Assembly: GCF_009914755.1 (NCBI RefSeq)
Contig: NC_060937.1
Source: the human T2T-CHM13v2.0 reference genome, Homo sapiens
Reading direction: 5' to 3' (one strand)
Length of the DNA stretch: 64,000 nt
Numbering within the stretch: the stretch's first letter is position 1; each line of letters opens with the position of its first letter. Shown one piece after another: positions 38,843 through 52,130 of this stretch. The translations under genes and the position numbers were made by a program. Under the pieces are notes generated by a model. That model saw only the letters and a list, made by a program, of their open reading frames with translations, was not told where the DNA came from and made no database searches.

Positions 38843-40243
38843 ACATAGCTGAAGTCCTGGAGACCTGGAGAAAATATAGAGATTGCAGGCTATGGACTCT
38901 TCTCACCAACTTGCTTCATGTTTTAATTAACTGTTAATAGACTATTTTAGGAAACAGCTAGGTGAAGTCTCTAAATCACTGATCATCTGCGACAGTTTAA
39001 TGTAAAGTTACCATTCCTGCTTTGGAAGAAAATGTTAAATTTGAAACCCCTTTTATTCTGGTCATTGTTCACAGTGCTGTTTCCATGAATCAAAACTGAA
39101 TCATTTAGACCTCATCAACCAGAAAGATAATGCAGACCACCTCAAAATTTCTCTCTTTCATCACTGAGTTCCAGAGATAGTAAATTATTCTTCTATATTC
39201 TATTACTCCTTTGGCCACTTATTCTGATTAAATTTGAGCACGATTTGATTTTGAAAGGGAGAGGAAAGGCCAGAAGGGAAATCCAAATGTCCAACCATCT
39301 TTCGGTATCAAGTACAGTGATAGGAAAACTACTCAGTCAGCCACAAAACATGAACCAAAAATTGTTGAAAAATAAATAGCATTTTTACCCAAAGAAATAA
39401 CATCCATTTGCCTTTGCTTTTTACATGAGATTATCACACAATAAAGAAAAAAGAAATAAAGCAGATGAGAGGGGGAAGCCATCCATTTAAAGGAATAAAT
39501 AAGATTTATAAATCAGGAAAGAAAAGAGGCTGTCATGTACAATCAGTTGTCTTATTAACCCACAGGCAGAGATACAGTCAGAAAGGTCCTATGATGGAAG
39601 ATTTACCCTTGCTTATAAATGAGGCAAGATTACAAAGTAATGTAATTTCCTGGGTAAGCTGTGAGTAAGTAATTATCTCATCAAGGAATTCTGCTTCTGG
39701 GGGGCAAGTAGATGAAGAAAAACAGCCTTTCTTCTGTCTAAGACACTTATGCTGGCAGAAAAAAAGGTTACTATTGCCTGATTTTGTACATGTCTAGCTG
39801 AGTTAAAACCATAGGTCTGCAAAGACACCCACCATCACCTAACTTCTAAAGGGCTAATATTGTGAGTGAGCATGCTGCTTTAGGACTGTAACCTTGGTAC
39901 TTCAATGCATCTTCCTCTAAACTTAATGTCAGGAAACCTTTACAAGGCATGCTTGATGGTGGGACTGGTTCTGGTGGAGAAACGGGTTTTAGAAAATAAA
40001 CTTGAATTTGATAATAATTAAAAACAAAAAAAACTCATTGATTGGAAAAGTACCCAAGACCACTCAGTTTCTACTTGGGGACAGGTGAGGCACAGCAATT
40101 ACTCAAACTCTAAATCAGGATGGAGCAGTGTTTTGATTTGGAAATATAAAGGGATGGTATGAGTTGATGGAAGAGAGGGAGAAATGAAAAGATTGAGAAC
40201 AGGTCACATACATTCTATGAAGTCTTTCAAAAGTAGCTAACAT

Positions 40244-40639
<396 letters not shown>

Positions 40640-41349
40640 TTAACACATCTTCTGGAATTTCCCACATTTTAAGCAGAACTTACTTCCTCCACAAGATCTG
40701 TCCTAAATTATTATATAACTTACTAGTAATTGCTCATGCTAGAACATAAGGGAAGCTTAACAAATGGGTGACATTGCTTGATTTAAAATTAAGAGTCGAT
40801 GCTGATAATACAATAAAATTAGTCCATGTAGAACAGTTTGACTTTAAGTTATATGTTATGCAATATCAGGTTTATAAATTAAATCTAAGTAGTTTGAGTT
40901 AAAATAATTGGTCATGAATTGAAAATATGTTGAAAAAATAAATCATATTTTTGCTCAATGAAATAACATCCATTTTCCTTCACTTTTCACATGGAATTAA
41001 CACGTTTCTATCTGAATTTGGTGGCTTGTATTGAACTTGATCTGGTATATAAGGAAAAAGGAGAATTGGCTTGCATAATAATTGGCATAATAAAGGCAGT
41101 GAGATTATTACAAAATTAAGCATCAGCTAACTTAAAATTGGCATTTCTCTCACAACAATAGTATCAGAGTATATAATGGTAGGTATACACAGTTTACCTA
41201 TTAGAAAAACAAAAAGCATACCTGCCAACAGATAGAAATGCATTACCTCCAATAATAGGGACATTTTCTGGAAGTGAATTCTTTCAATAGTTTGCTGATG
41301 GTTTTAATTTGACATCTTTTTTTTCCTTTTTGCATGCATGTCCATTTCC

Positions 41350-41648
41350 TTTCTTTTCTTTTTTTTTTTTTTTTTTTTTTTTTTCGAGACGGAGTTTCAC
41401 TCTATCACCCAGGCTGGAGCACAGTGGCATGATCTCGGCTCACCGCAACCTCCACCTACCAGGTTCAAGTGATTCTTCTGCCCCAGGAGCCTGAGTAGTT
41501 GGGACTATAGGCATACATCACAACGCCCAGCTAATTTTTGTAGTTTTAGTAGAAGCCAGGCTGGTCTCAAACTCCTGACCTGAAGTGATCCACCTGCCTT
41601 GGCCTCCCAAAGTGCTAGGATTAGAGGTGTGAGCCACCACGCCCAGCC
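41350..41648 (-). mobile_element. AluS with a short internal deletion
   Basis: Poly-T tail and both arms; TSD-like flanks tgcatgtccatttc / tgcatgtgcatttc. Confidence 0.96.
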
Positions 41649-41935
41649 GTTTGCATGTGCATTTCTAACCAATAGAGTCCCCAACTACCCATCTTCTGCC
41701 AATGTATATTTTTTCCATCAATACTTCCATTTTTCATACTTGCTGCCACTAAGCCACAAGGAAAAGGGAGCGCTTCATGCAAGAACCCAAGCATTTGACA
41801 AGGCTGACAGTCTGCAGTGTTTCTGGAGGGGCCACCTTCAGTCTTCTCCTTTCTTTTCTTCTTCCTAGCTCTTCAAGCTGAACTAACCCATGTCCCTTTA
41901 TGGCCCAGTTCATCAGCCACTTCTACCTATAGCTG

Positions 41936-42297
41936 TGTATTAGTCTGTTCTCATGCTACTGATGAAGACATACTTAAAGAGACTGGGTAATTTACAAAGA
42001 AAAATGTTTAATGGACTCACAGTTCCACGTGGCTGGAGAGGCCTGACAATCATGGTGGAAGGTGAAAGGCATGTCTTACATGGCAGCAGACAAGAGAGAA
42101 TGAGAGCCAAACGAAAGGGGTTTCCTCATATAAAACCATCAGATCTTGTAAGACTTCTTCACTACCATGAGAAGAGTATGGGGAAGCTGCCCCCATGACT
42201 CAATTATCTCCCACCAGGTCCCTCCCATAACACGTGGGAATTATGGGAACTACAATTCAAGATGAGATTTGGGTGGGGATACAGCCAAACCATATCA
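41936..42297 (-). mobile_element. THE1 (THE1B-like) MaLR solo LTR
   Basis: 'tgtattagtctgttctcatgct...ggactcacagttccacgtggctgg...attcaagatgagatttgggtggggatacagccaaaccatatca'. Perfect 5-bp TSD agctg at 41931-35 and 42298-302. Confidence 0.96.
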
Positions 42298-43119
42298 AGC
42301 TGGGAGCACAGCAGCAGCTTCAGCCCACATGTGAGGGACATTTGTACTGTGCCCCACCCACCAGTGTGGCCAGGAGGCCAAGCGACCATGGAGGTCGCTT
42401 GCCTCCACCCCTCTTGCTTGCCCAGGCTGCTGTGTCCTTTCCTCTGCCACCATTGGCTGAGGTCCTCTGTCTTTGTTCCCTTTTGGGACTGCCTCACCCT
42501 AGACACTGGCCTGCCTAGGACTCTGGGAGCTTGGGCATTGATGGCCAAACCCCTACATGAGTGTTTATTTATTGCCCCCATACCTTCAGTCTGGGGACGG
42601 GAGCCCATGAGAAGAATATGGCAGCAGATGGCAGCAGATGGGTCGCTCCACCATCCCTGAGCCCAAGCTCCCTGGAATGATAGCTGTCTCAATGAATCAC
42701 TGATTCCACCTGTTGTGCTGTGGGTAATGTCAGAGGGGCTGCACATGAGCTTTGTGAGAGATGTGCTCTTGGTTTCATTAAGTGAATGGAGGAACATGCA
42801 AACAATAATGTAAAAAAATGTCAGGATCTCTTAAGTAGGTTTGGGACAAATACTATTCAAGTAAAACTAATGTGAAAAGTAAACACAGACCATTACAATT
42901 GGGAGTTGATTAACCTGTGATCCATGGTTGGACTTCAGGGGCTCTTTATGCCTCCCAGGAAGTTAATAGATAGATAGTTTTACCTGTATGTGTATTTTTT
43001 CTAGAGAAAAAATTAATATTCTCAAAAAAGAACATGATCTGAAAAAGTTAGAAATCATCTCCTCATTCATCTGCTCATTTTGTGATGGGCGCTACCAAGG
43101 CACAAAGAGGCTGTCCTGA

Positions 43120-43750
43120 AATGCAAATAACATGATCTTACTCCTCTGTTGAAAGACTTCAGTGGCTCCTGCCACTCTCCAGATGAGATACAAAGCATGA
43201 CATGCTAGGCTGCATGGGGCTCTGGCCTCAGCTCATCCCTCCAGGTCCATGCCCACCACTCATCAACCCAGCTGCCCTGTGGACACAAACTGAGCCCCTC
43301 ACAGCTCCTCAACAGACCACACTCCCTTTGTGAGCACATCCCCACCCCCTGCCATCTCTCCTAAATAATTTTATTTGACTGGTTTTTTGTTTTGTTTTGT
43401 TTTGTTTTTTGAAACAGAGTCTCATTCTATGTTGTCCATCCAACATCTCTTCCCTTATAAAAACTTCCCTGACTGCAACCTTGGTTCTCCAGTCCCTGTT
43501 AGGAGACACTCCTCCTTGTTTTTGTAGATACTCACGTCCTCCTGTCTCATAGCATATATATCATCCCACTATCATAGTAAATTTGCTTATCTCTGGATTT
43601 ATCGACCCTGTGGGAGCCCTCCCCCCCATCCACTCTTTGCTCTATCAAGGTAGGATGTTTTTACCTTCACATTCCCCAGAAGCCAGCATAGCACCTAGAA
43701 CAGTCTAGGTTCGCCACATATGTTTTTTATATGAATGAACGAATGAAGCA
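43120..43750 (+). mobile_element. L2 fragments containing a tiny antisense Alu tail (about 43383-43437)
   Basis: L2 motifs 'actcctctgttgaaagacttcagtggctcc' and 'cagcatagcacctagaacagtctagg...atgaatgaacgaatgaa'; Alu piece 'ttttttgaaacagagtctcattctatgttgtcca'. Confidence 0.65.
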
Positions 43751-44083
43751 GAGTTATAGATAAAGATAAAGCACTGAACATCCCATACTAGCCCAAGATG
43801 CCACATAGCTAGTCTGTGATAGAGCCCGAAGTAGGAATCTGTCTCTGATTCCAGTACTGTTTCTATGACACCCATTGCTTTATGTCTTTGCTCTGGAAAA
43901 AAGCAGGAGCATGTTTTTCTGCATCTTTTAAAAACATAAGTATAAATACTACTTCTTCAGTCCTCACCGGACAGAGGGAGCTGTTTCCCACGTTCCCGAC
44001 ACCCTTTCAGGAGATTCATAATGTACATGTTGGTTAAGGGTGAGCACATCACTAGCGAAGCCCTTGATCTTCAGGCAAGAAAG

Positions 44084-44180
44084 AGCGGGGAGGAGGAGGA
44101 GTCAGAGAACAAGAAAAAGAGAAGGGGGAGGAAGAGGAAGAGAGAAGAAAAAAAGAAGCGGGAGGAGGGGAGGAGAGAGT
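44084..44180. repeat. GA-rich low-complexity polypurine tract
   Basis: Directly visible. Confidence 0.85.
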
Positions 44181-46835
44181 AAGTTTATGTAACCTTTCCT
44201 TGGGTCACAGTTGAAATCTAGTTATCTTTTGAATGGGTTAACTGGTACTCAAATTCTCAGATATTTATATCTAAAGTTAAAACTAAATCTCAAGTTACCT
44301 CAAGTAAAATATAGATCAGTTCGCCACTGATCTTGGAAACCCAACCACGCTTTTTTTTACTGAAAGTTTGTTTCAGTGTCAAATGAAGATTGAGAATCAA
44401 ATGCAGTGGAGAGCAAAGTAATGCCCTCCAGGCACTGGCGTGGCAGCATTTCAGCCTGCTGGGCTCCCTAGAGCCTCTCTGTGCTGAGCTTTCATGATGG
44501 TTCCATGGGGAGTATCGGAAATGGCTCTGTTTTGATTTCCTCTGCAAACCTGCAGCTGCTTCTCTTCTCCAATTCACTACAACATGCTAATAGGGTGACT
44601 AAAGAGACAGCTTTGCTATCGCTATCACATTGACTCCTGTTCATTTGCTGTAACGTGCCAAGAGGCAAAACGGGCATCAGGATCAAGAGAAAACTAACTC
44701 TCCATATTTTAAGACATTCTGTAAATGGACTGAGTGTGCCTTTAGAACCTTCATCCTACCCAGCAACTTGCAGTACACACCCAGTGTAGCCTGTTCACTC
44801 TCACCTCCCTCTTGTGAGACATCCTGTTTCCGTGCTTAAAGTGTTCTTCCTTGCCCTATCCCCTTCTCTGAATGACGCCTGTTATACCAAGTGTCTCAAC
44901 AGAGAAGTTACTTGCCAGCGCCTTTCCTAACTCCTCCAGAGAGGTACTCCCATTGTGCCCGCTATTGTGACTGCCTCTTTCCCTGTCCCTGTCCCCAAAA
45001 ATTGTCAGCTACTTAGGGGCAGAAACTGTGTCCATAGGAGACACTCAGATACCTGAAAAGTGAATAACTGAAATTGTTTCATCTGAACAGATTCATGTCA
45101 TTTTATTTTAGATCAGTGTCTACAAAAAATGACATCAGGCCCCAGCAAGGGCAAAAAGACCATGGGATCCTAATAAGATCCACTTGGACTGAATGATAAT
45201 TAGGATAAAACAAGGCACCAAAAACAAAGGAAAAGTTTTGTAAGAAGCAATTAGATAATTTTGGAAAATATTTAAGGAGCTTTACCTTTAGCTTCTTGGC
45301 TGTTACAATAAGTTTTAATTCAGCTTGGTTGGATGTTGTAGAAGAAAATCGTTGAGATATTTAAACCTATAGCAATGCTACCAGTTTTAAAGAAATGGGA
45401 AAAAAATGAAAGTAAATGAAAAACCAATGTGAATGTAGCATCTTTAAAGAATTATAAATTAGCTGGAAGCAGCATCCAAATAGCAGTTCCCAAGATGTCA
45501 CTATGTAATTATAGCTCATCAGCACATGTCTTGCATATTCCAAAATAACCCGTTATACTACCCTCTCTTTCCCAAACCGGGGAAGGAAAGATGACAGCAG
45601 GCCTCAGAAATAATGACTAAATAGTTCCTTTCTAACAAGGGTGGCTATCAGCTTTTAGTGTCCAATATCTTCTATAAAAATACATCACACATAAGGAAAT
45701 ATGTAAGCACATTCCTAGAATTCAAATTAAACAGTCTAATTTTCAAAGACTTTCATAAGTTTTTAAAGACAAAATGATTTTTCCTATTGAATTTTAAATA
45801 AAGAAGAAAATATTACCCTAAAAATAAAATAGGGGGTACCCAGTAGGTTTTGTTGAGCTGGGGATATGTAGGAGTCTTTTTGTCCATGGCCTCTTTGGTG
45901 TGATCACCTAAAATGCTTGACAGATGGGATGCATGGCTTCATTAGCAACTGTATCAGGACGCATGGAGAAAGGGGGCCCACTTAAATTGGGTGTTTGGCT
46001 AAGTGACTCTTCCTGGAAGCAGTAGCCTTGTGGATTCACTCAGTACTAGCTGTGGCTGAGGGCAGGGTAAATTCCACTGAGCAAACAGATGTGAATGTTA
46101 TAAAGCAGATGCTGATCTTTAGTATCACACTATTGGGAAAACCTTTTTTTCATGGATACAGCAAGAAATACTTGTACATTTTTACTCTAATAGATGTTAA
46201 AAATAAAGCATGTTAAGGTTATGACACTTAAAATAAACATTTTAAGTGCTTAAGATGAAATATTTAGGTATTCAGGTTAAATACTCTAAAGCTTTTCAGA
46301 AGTAAACGTTTGCTATCTACAATGGAAATAAAAATTCAGAATCATTATTTCCTACCTACTATTGCTTGGACCTCCCTTTCAACCAATCAAACTTAAAAAG
46401 AAAAATCACTTTTTATTTCATGCTCACTCTGTCCCTGTGAGGAACTTTATAAAGAAAAACTGGTGCTACAATTCCTATCACTGACACCCTTCTAACCTTG
46501 TGTTTCTTGGTGGGTAATTGTTTATTTTAAAAAGTCTTTCTAAAATTCCTAGCAGGAGTAATTATTTTGATAGATTTTTAAGTGTAAATGTAGCTCTAAA
46601 AAAATCCATGCACATATCTGTTAAATTATATAATAATGATCCAATATAGCCAAGTAAAGCCAAAATTTAGCACCCACTAACAGGTAAGCATTATGTTAGG
46701 CAGTGGATTCTCAATGGTTGAATAACACACTTTCACTGATATTTGGACTTTTTATGAAGCCCATAGTAGTTCATGTTTACCTTATTTTATTGCTTTTATT
46801 TTGATGCTTTTATTTTATATCATCTCAGAAGTCAG

Positions 46836-47266
46836 TGATTGATTGATTGATTTTTAAGTGAACGAAAGGTCTCACGTATTTATTACTGAACCCAGCAAAC
46901 CAATGCGTTCATAACAGATTCAGAGAGAAAAAAATATATATTCCCAACAAAACATGTCCAACTCTCCAGATAGTGGTGACATTTTCAGCTTGATATGGTA
47001 ACATGATTGTGACCTTCAGACAGCATAAATATGTGTGCCATCTCATGTGCAATTCCTCATAGACCCAGCTTGGTTCTTTTCCAATGTCTCCTTTTGGAGT
47101 TTCACCTGACTTTATTACCAGTTTTCGTCTAAATCCACTGGGGAATGGGATGATTTTGCTTTTGTTTCTTGGCCAGGAATCCTAAAAGTCTTTTAACCCT
47201 AAAAGTCTTGTGAGAAGACATGGCGAGAAGCGCAGTCAAGCACACACCACGATGGCAGAGAAAGGA
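46836..47266 (-). pseudogene. RPL39: Processed pseudogene of ribosomal protein L39 (symbol given is the parent gene)
   Basis: Minus strand: 5'-TOP-like 'tcctttctctgccatcgtggtgtg', ATG at 47221, and frame [52 protein letters not shown] ending at 47057. Intronless, with 3'UTR, AATAAA (46879-84) and a degenerate A-tail. Premature stops at 47129-31 and 47102-04. Confidence 0.97.
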
Positions 47267-47929
47267 CGATTTATTTTAAAAAGCAGATTTTATAGGATAT
47301 TTCTTTGAGCTTTAGTAAGGTGGACTTACTCATTTTAAAGATGGAGAAATGGAGTAGTGAGCAGTGAAAAATTATGTAGTATCATAATTTGATGAATAGG
47401 ACAAAAATTTAGTCTCAAGTGCTAAGGGTTTACATAATACCACATTTTCTTCTTCATTCCTTAAACACATGAAAGGCACCCCCAATAGAGACAGTACCTA
47501 ATATGTATGAAGATTAGAGAGAGATTATGAAGTAATTCAATACCAATATTCTCATTTTATGCCAACTTTTATAAAAACATATACTTAGTTCACTTTTTAC
47601 AATATCAGAATTACTAATTTAGGCTCTACGTATTTTCATGGACTCTAATATAATTTTGTTTTAAATAATAAATGTTAGCACAGATAAAAATATTTCTAGT
47701 ACAGTATTTCTGGACATAATTCATATTGCTTTTAATTCATGCAGAATTGCTAAAATTCAGAATTTGTTTAAGAAGTGACCTATAGGGAAAATCAGAATAA
47801 ACACTCTTAGACAGTGAAATAATTCACTCTCTGGTATATGGCTCTGTTTAACGTATTTGAAAGGCCAAATGTAAGAACCAGGGGAAAAAAGTTGAGTGTC
47901 ATTTAGGGGCAGAATCAATTCGAAACTTT

Positions 47930-48125
47930 ATTCTTTCCAAACTGGCTGCATATCAGAATCACCAAGTGAGGGGTGAAGGCTTATATAAGCTTTCCAAATC
48001 GAGAACCCCTAGAGGTTTTCTCTTTCCTTTTTTTTTTTTTAGCATATCTGAGATAGTCCTAATAATCTGTATTTTTAAAAGAATTCCTATGTACTTCTGA
48101 GGTATAATAAATTCGGGGAACCAAT
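47930..48125. mobile_element. MER5B-like DNA transposon remnant
   Basis: 'ccaaactggctgcatatcagaatcacc...aatctgtatttttaaaag...ttctga...ggggaacca'. Confidence 0.6.
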
Positions 48126-48134
48126 TTTAGATGG

Positions 48135-48330
48135 ATTGAGATCAAAGCTGTTTGAATCATAGCTCTGTCATTTGCCAGTTTTGAGAGTTGGTGAAACAAT
48201 TTAAGACTCATGATACTCATCTGTAAAATGAAGCAAAATAGACCTTTCTCATGAGATTCATACTAGGATTGCATAGGGACAATGCAGTGCTGAACACTGA
48301 CACCAACGCAAAGTTGAGGCTCAAAAAAAG
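48135..48330 (+). mobile_element. MIR fragment
   Basis: 'tttgaatcatagctctgtcatttgccag...ctcatctgtaaaatga'. Confidence 0.65.
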
Positions 48331-48554
48331 TTTGCATTCTTTGCTCCTTCTCCATAAAATTAGCATCTACTATTGACATGGAAAGCATGAAATATATAAA
48401 GCACGAAAACTGGCCAAAATTAAAAGTTCTGACCACTTCAGCTGATTGAGTTATATGGCTATTAGATCGTCTGTGTTTTTTCTAGTACAATACCAGACAC
48501 TTAAAGCATATTTCTACAAACCAAATAAGTCTAAGGGCCTCATTTGGTCCTATA

Positions 48555-48983
48555 CGATTTGGGGTTCTATAGCAGAAAATAACACACTTCTTGTTGTTTG
48601 AGTAGGGATTTTATAAAGGAATTATTTACGAGTCTTTACAGGTTGTACAGAAACCACAAAGGATAGTAACACTATCTGGGAGCTAAAGATGGTGGGGGAC
48701 TAAAACACCTGAGTCAAAAAGGGCAAGAGGGGAGTGGTTATTTAAACCTGGAGTCAGAGAAGTTTCCCTCAGAGGAACCATGACCTGTTGTCAAGGGACA
48801 CAGCTGGTACACAGTGACTGTCAGGAGGAGGGTATTAGGACAAAATCCCCAATCTCACTCTTCTCCTGCTAGTTGTTTGATCATGCAGCCCATTGGCCAA
48901 AGGTCAAGGTCAGTCTCCCAGGGCACAGCACGGGATGGAGAAGAGCTGAGAGTAGATAGGAGGAGGAAATTGGAGGCATATCA
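48555..48983. mobile_element. Old MaLR LTR (MLT1L/M/N-like)
   Basis: 'cccattggccaa...aggtcagtctcccagggcacagcacgggatggagaagagctgagagtagat' resembles old MLT1 termini. Confidence 0.5.
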
Positions 48984-49589
48984 TGTAAGTCCTATGTCAT
49001 TCTGTATCATAAAGAAACACAGTCCTTCACCCCAAAGTAATTAAAAATACTTCTAATACTTACTTGTATCTTTTGAAAACATTAAAAGAAATTCAATTCA
49101 TAACCAAAAAACAATTTAAAATGCCTTTTCTCTCTCTTTAACTTGGCCTCTCTCTTCCTTTCTCATTCTCATCCTCCATCAAAACTTCCCTCCAAAACAA
49201 GGTCTCCACTACCCTTTATTTCTCCATTATGTTTTTGTGTAAGTAAATTTTGGCGCTTTCTGGTATAAACTCCTTAACTCTCCATACCCATTTCTGCTTT
49301 GCAAATGCTCAGAAACAGAACTGCCAGGTTCATTATCTCTTTTAGCAAACATGGCGGGAGGTGAGGATAAGGGAAGTAATTGCAAGCATGGACACACTGA
49401 TATGCACTGTTGTCGATCTCCATCAGACTTGGTGAAAAATAATAGCGCATCTGAATATAATTCAAGCAAAAGGCAGAATCCATTATGGTCTTCTATAAGC
49501 CATGACTTGGGTTTTCTTCCATATGGAAAAATGGAAGTGTTTTTCCATATGTAAAATGTAAATATTGACTGTACCTGATAGTTGCATTA

Positions 49590-49755
49590 GAATTGGTAAC
49601 ATTCCAGATTTTCATGTCTTATTCTGTTTGATTCTCACAAAATAGCCTTGTGAGGTAAGTAGGAATTTTTATACCCTTAAGACTGAGAAAAATTTAATGA
49701 CTAAATAGAAGAATCACAGCTGGTAAGTGAAGAAATCAAAATTAGAATTCCAGAA
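49590..49755 (-). mobile_element. MIR fragment
   Basis: 'tttgattctcacaaaatagccttgtgaggtaagtagg...tcacagctggtaagtgaagaaatcaaaattagaat'. Confidence 0.65.
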
Positions 49756-50499
49756 TACATTTTTCCCTGAGAACTGAAAACACTTTACCTAAGAACTGAA
49801 AACACTGAAAAGTGCTTCTTTTTCAAAATCAATAAAAATATTTTTTAAATTGATGCAAATGCTTACTTTGATTACTCTATTTTGAAGCATACTAATGGAG
49901 ATTTCCTGTAAAATATAAGAAGAAAAAAAAATTTGTTTACTTCCTGCATTGTCATTTAAAAAATTGATTAAAATAATTAAGAATTAGATAAAATTACAAT
50001 TGCAATGAAATTGGGAAGCTATGACAGCCCCACAAAAAAAGACTAAGAAGACTATTGCAAAATACCAATACAAAATGAGAGAAAAAATAAGGGACAACTC
50101 ATCTCTCTAGATCTTAACCAAGACGCAGATTTCTTAAAAGTAACTGGTAAATTCAAAAAGGTCTAATTAGTGATCCTTTACTTGGGGTGAGAAAATATAG
50201 GCTCAACTTCTACTTCCCAGAACAGTAGAAGAGGCTGACTAAAGGTGAATGACAAATATTGGCCATTTTTGTTTTTGTTTTCCCATTAAAACTCCTGACA
50301 CCAAAAAACTGCCAAAGATGGAGTTAGATGGAGTTAGAAGAGCTGAAGAGAGAGGAACCTCCCTCTTTGTAATTACATACCGAGGTCACCATATCAGTGA
50401 TAAGCAAACTCTAAATTACAAAATAAAAACCTGTAATTTAAACATCCAATTACAACAAGGCTAATCCTCTTTGTGGGTGATCTGCTCATCTCAAAGAGA

Positions 50500-52130
50500 G
50501 AATACAGGAGGGAGAGAAAGAGAAAGAGAGAGAAAGAAGCAAAGATCAGATAAATACCGCATTTTATAAAAGAATTGCTCCCAATAAACAGAAGCAAATT
50601 TATATCAAATGATATTCTTAAAGAATATAAAGAAAACATGCAACATGGACCATGGATTCTGGGTAAAGAATTTTAAAAAGATATTAAACATATAAAAGAG
50701 GGATCAAAGAAAACAGAGATAAAACATGAACTCACCAATTTCAGAAAATAAATTGAAAATATCAGTATAGTCATTTTTCAGATGAAAACTACACTTGAGA
50801 AAGAAAAGAGTGGAATATATACTGCTGAAATCAGTAAGAAAGGTAAAACACAAGCTTGAAAAGCAAATTACACAAAAGTAAAGGAATAAACATATAAACT
50901 CACTGGAGACAGAAAACAATAGTTACAGAAGACAAAAAGTAACCAAATGGTCAAAATTGATATTCTTGAAGAAAACAAACAAAAACAAAGAAACAGACAA
51001 AATTTCAATAGTTTAACAAAAGAAGTCTTTCTTGAAATAAAAGACGATGAAGTTAAGGAATCACACTGTATTTACAAAGAAATGATGTGGAAAGTTAACT
51101 GAAGATTCTAGTGAAGTTACTGGACCTTAAGACAAAAGATAAACTTTCTTTTTTTTGTAATTTTATTTTATTATTATTATACTTTAAGTTATTCACAACT
51201 ATTGGGTTAGAATTATGTCCATGAGGCAGATGAATGATTTGGGGCTCAACCACACCCTAGTCGGGGAGCTTCTCAATGAAGGGACCTGAGACTTCTCCAT
51301 CTTTGTGCCTCCAGCACTGAACACTGTGCTTAGAACAGTGTGGTGGAGAAAAAGCAAATTGGGAGCATTTCAGACATCAACTTCCAATGACCAATGCAGT
51401 GGAGAAATGCTGGCAAAATTCTAACAGAAAAAATACATGACTCATACATTGTATACTCAGCCAAGATTTTTCAGTCAAGTGTATAGACAAAAATAATAAT
51501 TTTTGGAACATTGAAGGACATATGAAATGTATTGGCCATTTTTAAAGTTATGTATCATACATGTAAAGGATATATGTATCATATCTATGGTTATATATAT
51601 GGCTATGTGTAGAGAGAGAGAAAGATATCTTCAAGCAAGAGATAAATTTAAATAATGTGTTCTCTATAAAGGATGACTGCTAGTGCTAGATCAATATAAA
51701 TGAAAAATTAGATTTAAATAAACAAGATAATTATGGTTACAGAACCAAATGTAAATGTTATAATCCTTGGTATTTTACAATCATGTAAAGTACTAAAATT
51801 TGGGGGTAAAAGAAAATACAAACATAGTAATTTCTAAGTTTCAAAGCAGACAGAAATTGTATACAGTTAATCAAAAAATAGTTATTCAAATGTATTATCT
51901 AAGGATATTGAGAAAACTACTAAAAGAAGCTGGTTAGGTGAGCTGATGTTTTTCATGCCTCAAAAAATACAAAAAAAAAGAGTACATTCAATTTAGCTAT
52001 AAATAGATAAGAAGGAAACAATAAATCATGAAATACAATCTTCTAAGACATCAGAATAGGACCACACACATTTATGAAATCAATAAATGTAAATGGAATA
52101 AAATTTATTCTGAATAGAAAAGCTGCCATA
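50500..52130 (+). mobile_element. Old L1M/HAL1 ORF1-region remnants
   Basis: A-rich decayed coding-like sequence with 'ctagtgaagttactggac', 'tgtatactcagccaaga' and 'tcaataaatgtaaatgga', typical of old L1 ORF1 and the ORF2 start. Confidence 0.55.

Noticed and set aside
42204-42797. 197-aa and overlapping ORFs
   Set aside because: Partly THE1 LTR, GC-rich stop-poor sequence, ORFs on both strands, no recognisable domain.
46680-49730. Isolated consensus donors (CAG|gtaagc at about 46683, GAG|gtaagt at about 49654, CTG|gtaagt at about 49722)
   Set aside because: No convincing paired acceptors; two lie in MIR sequence; expected by chance.
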